Origin: Candidatus Hydrogenedentota bacterium
GTDB taxonomy: Bacteria > Hydrogenedentota > Hydrogenedentia > Hydrogenedentales > SLHB01
Length of the DNA: 64,000 nucleotides
NCBI GenBank assembly: GCA_963745075.1
Contig: CAVUWV010000009.1
Span: 160,001-224,000 of the forward strand
Direction of reading: 5' to 3'
The notes under the pieces were generated by a model, which worked only from the letters and a program-made list of their open reading frames with translations, was not told the origin of the DNA and searched no databases. A program made the position numbers and the translations under genes. Positions 28,924-39,757 of this stretch are shown here, one piece after another. Position 1 is the stretch's first letter. Each line of letters begins with the position of its first letter.

Positions 28924-31900
28924 TCAAACGACGACAACGTTCAGGCTCTCACCGCTTTCGAGCCGGACGGGTTGCTTCAGCGTGACTAGCAAGCGGCCAG
29001 ACTCGAATTGGTGACGGCTGTCGATTGCCTTCCCTGCCGTCGTTACGTTCACGTTGCGCGGCTGCTTTGCCGTCGCGAATGACAGCGTCTGCACGTTAAG
29101 TGTGCCGCGCTTCAACTCAATTGCCGTGTCCAGACCCGAGTTCGTGGCGGTTTGTCGGTACGTACCCCAGCCTTCGGCGCTCGTGAATGCGGCCTTGAAC
29201 GTCTCGGGCGTAAGTCGCGGCGCGAATCCTATGTGACCCTTGGGCCCGTGGTATTCGAAACCGCACGCGGCAAGAAAGACGCCATAGCTTGCCATCGAGC
29301 GCGCGTAGTGGTCGCCGCACTCGACCTCGTTCCAGGGGTTACGCCGTACTGCCTCGTACCGATCGTGTACGGCGCGCGTGACGGCCAGCCCCTCCTGCAC
29401 CAAGCCTTCCCAGATCATGTGTCCGGCGGCCTGATACTCAAACCCATTCATGCATTCATTAAAATACCCCGCGGCCCAGTTCGGTCCTTTGCCCTTGGCG
29501 TTGTCGTAGTCCCAGTCCGCTCGGGGGAACGTGCACATCAGCAAGCCCGCCTCCCCGGCATCGCATACCAACGCCCCGGCGCGTTCGCTTCGCGGTAAGG
29601 CCCGACGTTGGGCGTGAAGTTGTAGCGCCACAGCGCATGCAGCGCCGACACGGTCTCCTTCTCCGGGAATACCCGGCCCAGCCCGACCTGCCACGCCCAA
29701 CTCTGGCCCAGCACTTGATCGATTTCGCAGCCGCTTCCGGAGTTAATCGCCTCGGGGTGTCGCGGGTCCGGCTTGTTAATGAAGTACTCGCCGTCGAACA
29801 ATTGCGCGACGAGATTCCGCTGTCCGCTCTCGAAGATCATCCGGCACCGCTTCGCGAACTCCTTGTCCCCGGCCTCGTGTGCCATTTCTTCGGCGGCCCG
29901 CAATGCGGCGAGGTACAGACCGCTCAACCACGCCACAGGGCCGTACCAATCCGCGTCCAATGTGTTGTGCTGGTTGCTCTCGATGATGCCGTCGCCATTG
30001 GCGTCCTTATCGATCAACCACCCCGTCGCCCGCTTGATGTTCGGCCAGTTCTTCCGCAGAAACGCGTCATCCGCCGACATCTGATGTTCCCGGTAGGCCC
30101 GTAGAATCGTGCCTGCCTGGCCGTCAACGGCCGGCACCTTGTTGAACTCGCCGCGGAAGTGGATGCTGCCATCCGGTTGGAGCGCCAGGCCGAAGTCCAC
30201 GCGTTCGCGGGTCTCACGTTCCAATGGCGGAAACAATCGCGCCACCGCGTGCGCGTACTGCCAAACGTGTTCGCAGGTTCCCGGACAGCAGCCGACGCCT
30301 TCCCAACCGTAGAAGCGGCCGTCTTTGAACCGGTGACACGTCGATGAGGCCAGAATAGATGCGTTCAGCAACGTGCGGTCCAGAAACCAGTAGGGGAGGG
30401 TAGAGTCGTACCACGTGTCGCGCCACAGCCGGGTCTCGCTCGACAGGCGGTCATAGTTGTCGTTGACGTATTGCGCGACCGCGGCCGCCGAAGAGAAGCG
30501 CGTCGCGTACCAGCGCCCGCCCGGCAACTTGTCCATCGTCAGGTTGGGGAAGTGCCAGGCCAGGACAAACGCGACGGTTGCAGACTGGCCTGCGTCCAAG
30601 GTCAGCGTGCGGCCGATTTCACCAACCAACGGTTCGCCCCGCGGCGCGGTGACATCGCCGGAGACCCGCTCGGGCGGTTCGCCCAATAGCCCGATTCCCA
30701 TGGTTCCAAAGTCCGGCATCTCTTCCAGATCGCCGGTTTCCAGAGGTTCGTCGCTGAAGGTGATTTTGCCGACCCCGATATTCCCCCAGCCGCCGGTCTC
30801 GGCGTCCACAATCTCGATAGCGGCTTCTTGGCCCATCAGGCCGCTCACGTCGAAGCCTTGGAGTGTCATCCGGTTGTCGGCTTGGCCGGTGGCCGTGCAC
30901 ACCACCTTCCCGTCGACGACCAGATTCAGGCAGGTCTTCCCTTCGTGATTACCGCCGCCGATCCAGAACTTGATAAACCGGCGCTCGATCGTGAATGGAC
31001 GGCTTGTCAGCTTGCCGGTTTCGGCGTCTTTCCCGCCGACGTTCCCGCCGGGTGCGGCGGCGTGCGAATTAACGACTCGTTCGGTGTCGCCGCCCACGTC
31101 TCCCTGATACTCGGGTATCGCCGTCTTGGGGATTGGTCCGGCGCCGAACGCGGTACCCTCCACCTTCCAGCCGTCATAATTCTCATTGTCCCAATCCTCG
31201 AAAACCACGTCGGGTCGCGGCGAATCTGTGGAAAGGTCGCTCTTCTTCACCGAACATTCGATGAACGTGAGCCCGCCGGTGCGCACGATTCGGTTGCGGC
31301 GTTGGCCGGCCCGCGCTCGATGATAGAGACAAACCGCGTTCTCTAAATGTCCCGTCAGTTCCACGTTGAGTGCTTCAGCGCTGGTGTTCTTGACGGTGAA
31401 TTGCATGATCGTAACTGGCAGGCTGGAATCATCAACGTCGAGCGGGATGAAGGGCGAATACGCTTCTAAAGAGACTTCAGCCGGTACCGCCGGGTCGCGA
31501 TATTCGACCAGGCCGATGGGATACTCGCCACGGAAGCGCACATCGGCAAAACCGGAGCGGTCCAATGCGTGCGTGCGGTCTCCAATCTTAAACACGAAGC
31601 CCTGCTCCACGGGCGACGCGGGCTCCATCGGCTGGGCGTAATGCTCGGAACCGGTCTTGCCGGGCCGATTGAATATGTCCCAGTGCCACAACGTCCCATC
31701 GCCGCCCAGGTAAAGTTGTCCGGCGCAAATCCCTCCAACCGGCATGCCGATATACTTCAACTCCTCCCCCCGATAAACCGTCGGCGTGCCCCGAGCGAAC
31801 AAGGACTTGACCCAGTCAGCGTCCAGTTTCTTGTCCGCAGGCACGAGCTTCTCGAAGTCCGCGTTCTCGAACGGCCCCGCCATAACCGGCAATTGGGAAG

Positions 31901-32018
31901 CCAGAATCGCCAACGCGCCACCACCGGCGGCCTTGACAAACGTGCGCCGGTCCATGGAACAACCGCAGGCCGGTGTGCACTTGCCGGAACTTCGGGGAAC
32001 AGGATCCTCACTCATCAT
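28924..32018 (-). CDS. GH116 (non-lysosomal glucosylceramidase-like) glycoside hydrolase, Tat-exported; frameshift at ~29555
   Basis: MDRRTFVK Tat motif, IGMPVGGICAG, YGWEG, QHNTLD, GCEIDQVLGQ, NPWNEVECGDHYARSMAS; halves join as AMPGEAGLLMC with one added base in a G run. Confidence 0.85.
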
Positions 32019-32144
32019 GAATTCCTTTTCCACGTTGAGACAACCAACAATTTCAACCCAGTCCGCGTTCCGCAAGATTGGCGGTGGGGCAATGGATGGC
32101 GCTTTAGAATCTACCGCAGGTGATGCGGCGTGTTTCCAGGCCGT

Positions 32145-32853
32145 CTATACGTATTCATCAGGCAGCCGCCACGGAGCATCCAACTGCGATTCCCGCATCT
32201 TTTCGGCAAGGTCGGTCATCTTGTAGGGCACGTGGTGAAATTGCACGGACCAGGGATCGCCTTCCGTGCTGATCGACGCGTAACACGCGGTCGGACCTTC
32301 GCCATGAAAGAGTCCCGCGCAGCCGGGATTGACAAACACGGTATCGTCGATGAGACGCCAATACGGTTCACGTCCGCCGCCCGCAATCACGATGTGGACG
32401 TTTGCATATTCACGCTGGCGCCGGAATCGTGCCGGGTCGTCTTCGGCGCGAAGACGATCCGACTGACTCGCGGGTGTGCCGTAACACAGACAAACGGACA
32501 GGCCTTCTACGGTCAACACGTTCTTTTTGCGAAGTGTGCCGAGGTACTCGAGGTTTTTACTGAAGGTGATTTGATGGGTCCAATCGACCGCTTCGACGAC
32601 CGTGGGATCGACGCGGGTCTTCAAACTCTCTCGCTTCCGTTTCGCGCGTACGGCGAGACGGTCCAGTTCGCCCTGCACAGTATGGATGCGCTTCGATTGC
32701 AGGATTTCGAGAACTTCGTTGGGCCAGGGATACCCAACAACGCTGTTTCCGGTGTTCACGACAGTGTGAATTCCGGCCCGTTCGAACGTCCAAAAGAACG
32801 GCTTTCAGCGCGGGTAGATTACCTGAAATGCCCCCGAACGCGGCCATTAACAC
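32145..32853 (-). CDS. Metallophosphoesterase-fold protein with degenerate metal-binding motifs; frameshift at ~32785
   Basis: GGISGNLPALKAVL, NTGNSVVGYPWPNEV, VNPGCAG, VPY; GTG start with AAAGGAGA RBS. Confidence 0.65.
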
Positions 32854-33248
32854 CGAAAAGTCTCCTTTCAGGTCACCCTGCCTGGAACTACCCTTGCCCC
32901 CAGTTGATGGACCCAATCACTATACCGTTCCCCAAAATGCGGGTTCAACGCGTTGTCTAAGTCCTTTTGATGTGGTGGCTTACAGGTGTTGTTTTGCTGG
33001 GGCGCGCGCGGGCGATTCCGAATCCCCTTTAGAATCAAGGCTTTTGTGAGCTGAATTTCATTTTAGCCCCAAAAATAGGGCTTGACAAAAGCCCCGTTAG
33101 TTTGTAAACCAAGCGCGTATCGGGTGGAGTCTCAGCCACCTGGAAAACGGAGGACCTCGAGTGCGGGCCGCGCCTCTTGCGCGGAACGGTGTGGCGAGCG
33201 TTCCTGCGAGGCGAAATCCTGGGACAGACCATGCGAGGAGGCAAGACT

Positions 33249-33542
33249 ATGGCAGGCAAGAAACCGATGACGAAAGCGCAAATTGTAACCACCTTGGCGG
33301 AGAAGACGGACCTGAGCAAAAAGGACGTCGGTAATGTTCTCGCCGAACTCACAAATCTCGCGTACAAAGAGGCGAAGTCCGGTTTCACGGTTCCGGGTTT
33401 GGGCAAGCTCGTGGTCGTGAATCGTAAGGCGCGCATGGGTCGCAATCCGGCCACTGGCGAATCGATCAAGATTCCCGCCAAGCGCGTATTGAAGTTCCGC
33501 ATCGCGAAAGCGGCGAAAGACGCCATCAGCCCCGGTAAATAA
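33249..33542 (+). CDS. hup: HU family DNA-binding protein
   Basis: MTKAQIV...PGLGKL...RKARMGRNPATGESIKIPAKRVLKFR; GGAGG RBS; TTGACA at 33082. Confidence 0.95.
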   Translation: MAGKKPMTKAQIVTTLAEKTDLSKKDVGNVLAELTNLAYKEAKSGFTVPGLGKLVVVNRKARMGRNPATGESIKIPAKRVLKFRIAKAAKDAISPGK

Positions 33543-33566
33543 CCGATACTTCCAGAACGCAGTCAT

Positions 33567-33602
33567 GGCCCGGACGGACATCCGGGCCTTCTTTCTTTTT
33601 TG
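33567..33602 (+). terminator. Intrinsic terminator after hup
   Basis: GGCCCGGA/TCCGGGCC stem followed by TTCTTTCTTTTTT. Confidence 0.9.
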
Positions 33603-33618
33603 GCGGGAGAACACGTAC

Positions 33619-33776
33619 GTTTTCTTGTGGCCGCTGACCTCACGGACTCGTTCTCGTGCTCGGATCGTCCAAGGGGGGACGAGATGCAATTGGGCTACCC
33701 CAACGCGTCGTTGCTCGACTGTTCCAAGACGCCGCATCTCGTCGAGTATACGTGCGAGAGCGAGTGCGACGTACGG
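33619..33776. repeat. Dispersed intergenic repeat, copy B (partner at 21901-22055)
   Basis: Same shared blocks as copy A; internal perfect inverted repeat GACGAGATGC/GCATCTCGTC. Confidence 0.8.
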
Positions 33777-33855
33777 ATTGTGACGGCCTGTCACGACTTC
33801 GGTATACTCCGGCGAACCCTGCCCATGCTGGAATGGAAGTTCGAGAGGAAATCAC

Positions 33856-35871
33856 GTGTCGAATCGGTTTCATTCGGTTGTCGTTGGATGCATCGTCTTC
33901 GCGCTGGCTGTTCTCCTCACCGCGCGGTCCTTACACAGCGGATTCTCCACCGACGATCATTTCGCGCGTGCCGTCTTTCGCGGCTTCACCAACATACCGG
34001 AATACGCGCGAGCCGACCGGAATGCGTTCCTGTTTTCCGATGGCGACCCTGAGAAGAATCTCGCGCTCATGGATCGCGGCGTGTTTCCCTGGTGGAGCGT
34101 GCCGACTGCCCGGCTCGCCTTTTGGCGGCCACTCGCGAGCTGGACCCACTACCTGGACTACCGCCTGTGGGGCCGCAACCCCTTCCCGATGCACCTCGAG
34201 AACGTTCTACTGTATGCATTGCTCTGCGTGCTGGCTTCCATATTGTACCGCCGCTTCATGGAACCCCCGTGGGTCGCTGGGTTCGCCGCGCTGCTTTTTA
34301 CGATCGACGAGAACAACGGGCACGCCGTGGGATGGATTGCCAATCGCAACATGTTGATGGCGGCGTGTTGCGTTGTCGTCATTCTCCTCGTTCACGATGC
34401 CTGGCGGCGGGGGGGATGGAAGGCGGGAGCCATTCTGGGGCCCGTGGTCCTTGCATTCGGCTTCCTCTGCGCCGAGGCGGTCATCGCGGCCGGCGCGTAC
34501 TTGTTGGCGTACGCACTCTTTCTCGACAAGGGTCGTTGGCTGCGTCGTTTTCTGACGCTCGTCCCTTACGGAATCGTGGTCGTCGTTTGGAATCTCTTCT
34601 ATCGAATGTCGGGATACGGTTCGGCGGGATCCGGCTGGTACACCGACCCCGCGACCGATCCGTTCGGTTTCCTGAAAGCCCTCGTAACGCACGTGCCCAT
34701 ACTGGTGGCCGATCTGTTCGTCATGTGGCCCGCGCCCCTGTTGAATCGCTTCAACGCAGCCCTGTTTCCGTATATCGTCGCACTGCTCGCCGTGGTTGTG
34801 TTGGGTATGCTTTGGGTGTTGAAGCCGCTGCTTAAACGCGATGCCGTTTCCCGGTTCTGGCTTTTCGGGATGGTCCTGGCCTTGGCGCCGGTAAGTGCCG
34901 TCACACCGCAGCCGCGTGTTGTTCTACTGGCCGGGATAGGCTGCGCCCCGCTCATCGCGCGCTATCTTTCGGGCTGGGCGACGCGGGAACAGTGGACCGG
35001 GTTTGCCGTCGGCTTGGCCATCCTGGGCACCGTCGCCTACGTGGTCGGATTGCCAACCCTTACGTTCTACTCGCAGGCCGCGCTAATTCTCGGGACGTTA
35101 ATCGTTCTCGGCTTCCTGTTGTACCGCGCCGACAAACACGGCGAATGGATGCCCAGTCGACGTTCCTGGCGCGTGGCGGGCGCGGGACTGGCCTACCTCT
35201 GGGTGATCTTTCACGTCGTCGTCGCGCCGATAGCCATGCCCGGCTCGAGCATGCTCCTGGGCGTTACCTCCAAGAAGATGGAGCAAGCATACGCGTCGAT
35301 CCCGTCCGAACCCCAAGTGACGAACGACACCGTTGTGATTCTCCAAGCCAAGACCGATTTCATGCCCTGGCATTTTGCGCTGATTCGGGGCTCGCTCGAT
35401 ATTCCCTATCCGGGTCACGTGCGCGTGCTTTCCGCGGGGAATCGGCAAGTGACAGTTGAACGTCCGGACGACAATACGCTAATCCTGCGGGCTCAACCGA
35501 ACCTGATTGGCAACCCCTCGACCAGCGTTTTTCGTTCCGGGAACGATCCTATGCGCCCCGGCGACGAGATTAAACTCTCCGGCGCAACCGTGCGCGTACT
35601 GGAGGTGGACGGCTTTGGCTTGCCTTCGGCCGCTCGATACCGGTTTGATGCGCCCTTGGACGATACGTCGTTCGTATGGCTCACCGTTGCGAGTATCCCT
35701 TATGAATTAAAGAACATCGGCCGGTATATTCACATTGAGTACTATGTCACCGTGGATCTTCCTGGGGTTGGTGAGTCGTTGCCCCTCGACACGCTGGTCG
35801 AGCGGAGCGAAGAGTACCGGGAGCTGGTCGACGGAGGAGACCGCGACGCCGAACCGGCCCGCGGCTCGTGA
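33856..35871 (+). CDS. Polytopic membrane protein, TMTC/GT-C glycosyltransferase-like
   Basis: GFSTDD acidic motif after the first TM, FWRPL, AVGWIANR; many TM helices. Confidence 0.6.
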   Translation: MSNRFHSVVVGCIVFALAVLLTARSLHSGFSTDDHFARAVFRGFTNIPEYARADRNAFLFSDGDPEKNLALMDRGVFPWWSVPTARLAFWRPLASWTHYLDYRLWGRNPFPMHLENVLLYALLCVLASILYRRFMEPPWVAGFAALLFTIDENNGHAVGWIANRNMLMAACCVVVILLVHDAWRRGGWKAGAILGPVVLAFGFLCAEAVIAAGAYLLAYALFLDKGRWLRRFLTLVPYGIVVVVWNLFYRMSGYGSAGSGWYTDPATDPFGFLKALVTHVPILVADLFVMWPAPLLNRFNAALFPYIVALLAVVVLGMLWVLKPLLKRDAVSRFWLFGMVLALAPVSAVTPQPRVVLLAGIGCAPLIARYLSGWATREQWTGFAVGLAILGTVAYVVGLPTLTFYSQAALILGTLIVLGFLLYRADKHGEWMPSRRSWRVAGAGLAYLWVIFHVVVAPIAMPGSSMLLGVTSKKMEQAYASIPSEPQVTNDTVVILQAKTDFMPWHFALIRGSLDIPYPGHVRVLSAGNRQVTVERPDDNTLILRAQPNLIGNPSTSVFRSGNDPMRPGDEIKLSGATVRVLEVDGFGLPSAARYRFDAPLDDTSFVWLTVASIPYELKNIGRYIHIEYYVTVDLPGVGESLPLDTLVERSEEYRELVDGGDRDAEPARGS

Positions 35872-35878
35872 GGGAGGC

Positions 35879-37639
35879 ATGCCGGTCCCATCCGCGTTAA
35901 GCGTCAAAGCCCGTGTAGCGGCGGCTATCGCGGTCGCCGTGGTAGCGCTCTACGTTCAAACGTTCTTCTTTCCCTTTGTCTACTTCGATGACGACGTCTA
36001 CGTGTTCCAGAATCCCGTTGTCACTTCCGGCTTGACCTGGCCCGGCGTCTTATGGGCGTTCACCTCCGGCTATGCCGCCAATTGGCACCCGCTGACCTGG
36101 CTTTCCCACATGCTTGACGTGCAGCTCTTCGGTATGGCGGCGGGCGCGCATCATGCGGTAAGCGTGGCATTTCACGCGTTGAATTGCGCGCTTCTGTTTC
36201 TGCTATTGCACCGCATGACGGGCGCCACAGGCCGGAGCGCATGCCTAGCGCTGCTCTTCGCCGTACACCCGGTGAACGTCGAGTCCGTCGCGTGGATTGC
36301 CGAACGCAAAAATGTTTTAAGCACCTTCTTTCTGTTTGTCACGCTGATCGCCTATGTGCGATACGTCGAACGCCCCGGTTTCGCGCGGTATGGCACAGTC
36401 TTCGCGGGACTGGTATGCGGTTTGATGGCCAAGCCCATGCTCGTGACGCTGCCCTTCGCCATGATGTTGCTCGACTATTGGCCGTTGAATCGCTACGCGG
36501 GGTGTACCCCCATGCACGCGCTTCGCCGGGCCGGGCGGCTCGCCTATGAGAAGACGCCGCTTTTCCTTCTTTCTCTCATCGCGTCCATCGTCACCTACGT
36601 CGTACAACAACAGGGTCAGGCCATGGAGGCCATGGCCGGACTGACGCTTCGGGCACGACTCGCCAATGCGATACTGGCGTACGTGGGGTACCTGAAACAT
36701 CTCGTTTGGCCCGTGCACCTTTCCGCGATCTATCCCTTTCCCAGCGAACCGGCGGGTTCGTTCGCGATTGCGGCGGCGTTACTGCTGCTCGGCGTGTTCA
36801 GTGCAGTTTCATTAGTGCTCATCCGTCGCGCGCCGTACCTATTCGTCGGATGGTTTTGGTTTGTGGGAACATTGATTCCCACGATCGGGATCGTACAGGT
36901 GGGATATCAATCCATGGCGGACCGGTATCTCTACGTGCCTGCCATTGGTATTTTCTTGATCGTTGCGTGGGGCGCGGAAGCGATTCGGCGCCGGCTGCGG
37001 ATCAATCGGCGGGCGGCGCGTATAGCGGCGGCTTCGATATTCTCCGTGCTTGCCGTGTTGTGCTGGCGCGAGACGGCGGTCTGGCGTGGCACCGTACCCC
37101 TGTTTGAACATGCCATCGCCGTGACGGGGGTGAATGCCGAAGCGCACAATCATCTCGGGTACTATTACCTCACCCAGAACGAGCCCGCCAAAGCCGTTCC
37201 TCATTTCGAAGCGGCCCACCGTGAACGCCCAAACCTTTCCGCGACGTATTCGAACTGGGGAGCCGCGTTGCGCATGCAGGGCGACGTACCGGGCGCGATC
37301 CAAAAGTACCACGAAGCGTTGCGGCTGAATCCGGACGATCCGACGGCGTTGGGAAATCTCGGGGTCGCGTTACTTCAGTTGGGCCGGGTCGATGAGGCGC
37401 GGGAACGGCTGGAGGAGGCCGTCCGGCTCAATCCGAATTCGGCCAACACCCATACATATCTCGGCATCGCGTTGATCGCGCAGGGCGATACGGGCGAAGC
37501 CATCCGACATCTGCGCAGGGCGGTGGCGCTCGACCCGGGTCATACACAGGCCCGGGCCGCATTGGACGCGCTGCAGCCGGAGGCCTATCATGATGCAGGC
37601 CAGAAGCGCAGCCGCCATGGACGAGACCACTCAGAGTAG
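35879..37639 (+). CDS. TMTC-like membrane glycosyltransferase with C-terminal TPR repeats
   Basis: YFDDDVYV, NWHPLTWLSHMLD, HPVNVESVAWIAERK, MADRYLYVP, TPR repeats; GGGAGG RBS. Confidence 0.85.
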   Translation: MPVPSALSVKARVAAAIAVAVVALYVQTFFFPFVYFDDDVYVFQNPVVTSGLTWPGVLWAFTSGYAANWHPLTWLSHMLDVQLFGMAAGAHHAVSVAFHALNCALLFLLLHRMTGATGRSACLALLFAVHPVNVESVAWIAERKNVLSTFFLFVTLIAYVRYVERPGFARYGTVFAGLVCGLMAKPMLVTLPFAMMLLDYWPLNRYAGCTPMHALRRAGRLAYEKTPLFLLSLIASIVTYVVQQQGQAMEAMAGLTLRARLANAILAYVGYLKHLVWPVHLSAIYPFPSEPAGSFAIAAALLLLGVFSAVSLVLIRRAPYLFVGWFWFVGTLIPTIGIVQVGYQSMADRYLYVPAIGIFLIVAWGAEAIRRRLRINRRAARIAAASIFSVLAVLCWRETAVWRGTVPLFEHAIAVTGVNAEAHNHLGYYYLTQNEPAKAVPHFEAAHRERPNLSATYSNWGAALRMQGDVPGAIQKYHEALRLNPDDPTALGNLGVALLQLGRVDEARERLEEAVRLNPNSANTHTYLGIALIAQGDTGEAIRHLRRAVALDPGHTQARAALDALQPEAYHDAGQKRSRHGRDHSE

Positions 37640-37663
37640 CGGCCCCAATGGGGAGACCGGGTC

Positions 37664-38641
37664 ATGAGTCGAGACAGCAATGACGGAGTTGCAGCGCCCA
37701 TGCGCGTCATGGACTCGCTCAGCGACGCAATCCAGCACACGCGACAAATGCTCTTCGAGCCCTTCGAGTTCGAACGCTGGCTGATGTTCGGCGTCATTGC
37801 GTTTCTGGATGTGGCCCTTGCCGGCGGTGGGTTGGCCCAGACCGGCGGCCGGTTCTCCTTCCCGGGCGGTCAAGACTCCCGGTCGACTGCCAGTTCCTCC
37901 GACATGCAGCATGCTATGGAGTGGATCGGCCAGCATTTCGGAACCATCATCCTGGTCGCGGTCCCGCTCGTCCTTATCGTGTTGGCTATCCACATTGCCT
38001 TGCTCTATGTCGGCTGCCGCGGTCAAGTCATGTTTGTTCGTGCCGTGGCGTTGAACGGGGGGCGGATTGGCGAACACTGGAGCGCCGTTAAGGATGCTGC
38101 GTTTTCGTTGTTCGCCTTTCGGCTCGTATTGCTTGCTATCGGATTCACATCGATGCTTGTGATTTTGGCACTCGCCGTCATCGTGGTGTTGGCGCAGGGC
38201 GGGATTCAATCCGGTGAGGCGTTGCTCGTGACGGCGATTCCGTTCGTGCTCGTCTTCCTTGCCTTCGTAATCACATTCGGATTAATCCACCTCTTTCTAC
38301 GAAGTTTTGTCGTGCCGCTGATGTGGGCCCGCGATCTCAGATGTGTTCAAGCCTGGCACGTTTTTCTGGGCATCGCGCGTGACAATGTGGGCCCCTTACT
38401 CTTGTACGTCATCATTAAAATCGCGTATGGCATCGGTTTCGCCTTCGTGACCTTGCTGGCCGGATGCCTGACCTGTTGTATCGGCTGGATACCCGTGATC
38501 CACCACGTGCTCTTCGCCCCGTACTATGTGTTCGATCGGGCGTTTTCGATGGAAATGCTTGCATCGACGGGGCGAGGCGACTTGACCCTGCATCCAGGCT
38601 TCGGTGTTGCGGATGCGGGAGTGTCCAACCAGACCGCATAA
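37664..38641 (+). CDS. Conserved-looking hypothetical membrane protein
   Basis: 325 aa with 4-5 TM helices; same strand and close to the TPR gene. Confidence 0.65.
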   Translation: MSRDSNDGVAAPMRVMDSLSDAIQHTRQMLFEPFEFERWLMFGVIAFLDVALAGGGLAQTGGRFSFPGGQDSRSTASSSDMQHAMEWIGQHFGTIILVAVPLVLIVLAIHIALLYVGCRGQVMFVRAVALNGGRIGEHWSAVKDAAFSLFAFRLVLLAIGFTSMLVILALAVIVVLAQGGIQSGEALLVTAIPFVLVFLAFVITFGLIHLFLRSFVVPLMWARDLRCVQAWHVFLGIARDNVGPLLLYVIIKIAYGIGFAFVTLLAGCLTCCIGWIPVIHHVLFAPYYVFDRAFSMEMLASTGRGDLTLHPGFGVADAGVSNQTA

Positions 38642-38766
38642 TGTGCGACGGTATCAGGGCTGGACGAAACCGCGGTTTGACCCTTGCCGTAGCTTCTTCT
38701 GAATTCACAGAGGCGCGCCAAGGCAACGTATTGCACCGAAGGGTTTTGGAATACGAGTGTATATCA

Positions 38767-39174
38767 ATGGCCATTAGCGGCTTACGAAGCAAAAGAGTTC
38801 TTCTCGGTGGTCTGCTCGTGTTGGCCAGCGTGGCGTGGGTATACTCCGCGATTGACACCCATCGTCTTCGCACCAATCTGGCGGATTCCGCACAAGACGA
38901 GGTGGCGCACTATTCGCATCTTGCGTCAGCCGATTCCTCCTCCGAAACGGTCACGGTTGTTACCGCCAGCCGCAGATTTGTATTATTCGGCCCTGCTATC
39001 GGAAAGGTGGCCCTTTACATCAAGTCGACACCGCCGGAAGGCAAGAGCCGGTACGCGGGCGTTGAAATCGGATTTGCGTGCAAAAATGGTACGTGGGTCG
39101 AGACCGATAGTGGCAGATGCGAAGGCCAAGAATGTATCATAAGAGCCAAGCATGCCTTTGGCGACGATGCGTAG
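38767..39174 (+). CDS. Hypothetical protein with N-terminal anchor (tandem paralogue 1)
   Basis: One TM; shares FVLFGP..G.V and RY..(V/I)EIGF......WV with the next gene. Confidence 0.65.
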   Translation: MAISGLRSKRVLLGGLLVLASVAWVYSAIDTHRLRTNLADSAQDEVAHYSHLASADSSSETVTVVTASRRFVLFGPAIGKVALYIKSTPPEGKSRYAGVEIGFACKNGTWVETDSGRCEGQECIIRAKHAFGDDA

Positions 39175-39299
39175 CGAGTGATCTCGGCGAGGCGCGAAAT
39201 CCGACAAGGCAGCGATGGCTTATCGCCGGTTAAATCGATCAAGCGGCGTTGTCGCAAAGCCGATAGCAAATCATCAAGTAAGTAAAGGGGAGAGATACC

Positions 39300-39719
39300 G
39301 TGTCCAAACTACCAAAGATTCAGCGCCGGCAGATTCCACTCTTTGTTTTGTTGATCCTGGTTCTCGGAGTGTGGGTCTACACGCTCGTGGACAACTACAT
39401 GATGCGTCGTAATCTCGATATGGAATCCCGAAGCCAAGTCACGAAGGTCTCCCAGGATTACAGTTCGGAAGATGGAGTCGAGACGGTCAAGACCGTATCC
39501 GCGAATCGTGAGTTCGTACTGTTTGGACCTACGAAGGGCACGGTTACCGTATTCTTCAAGAATCCGGCCAAAGAAGAGCAATTCAGGTACTCCGCCATCG
39601 AGATCGGATTCATGCAGCAGGAGAACCACTGGGTCATGACGGAAAGCCGGGGCCTTGATCGTGGCGAAGTCAATCGGATCAGGGAAGTGTTTGGCGATCC
39701 GATTATGGAGCACAGTTAA
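39300..39719 (+). CDS. Hypothetical protein with N-terminal anchor (tandem paralogue 2)
   Basis: GGGGAG RBS, GTG start; clear similarity to 38767-39174. Confidence 0.7.
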   Translation: MSKLPKIQRRQIPLFVLLILVLGVWVYTLVDNYMMRRNLDMESRSQVTKVSQDYSSEDGVETVKTVSANREFVLFGPTKGTVTVFFKNPAKEEQFRYSAIEIGFMQQENHWVMTESRGLDRGEVNRIREVFGDPIMEHS

Positions 39720-39757
39720 CGTACACGGGATCCCGGGGGGCTTCACGACGCTATAGC

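Noticed and set aside
29550..29560. Programmed frameshift or phase variation in GH116
   Set aside because: Run of only four bases, no slippery heptamer; one of many similar indels
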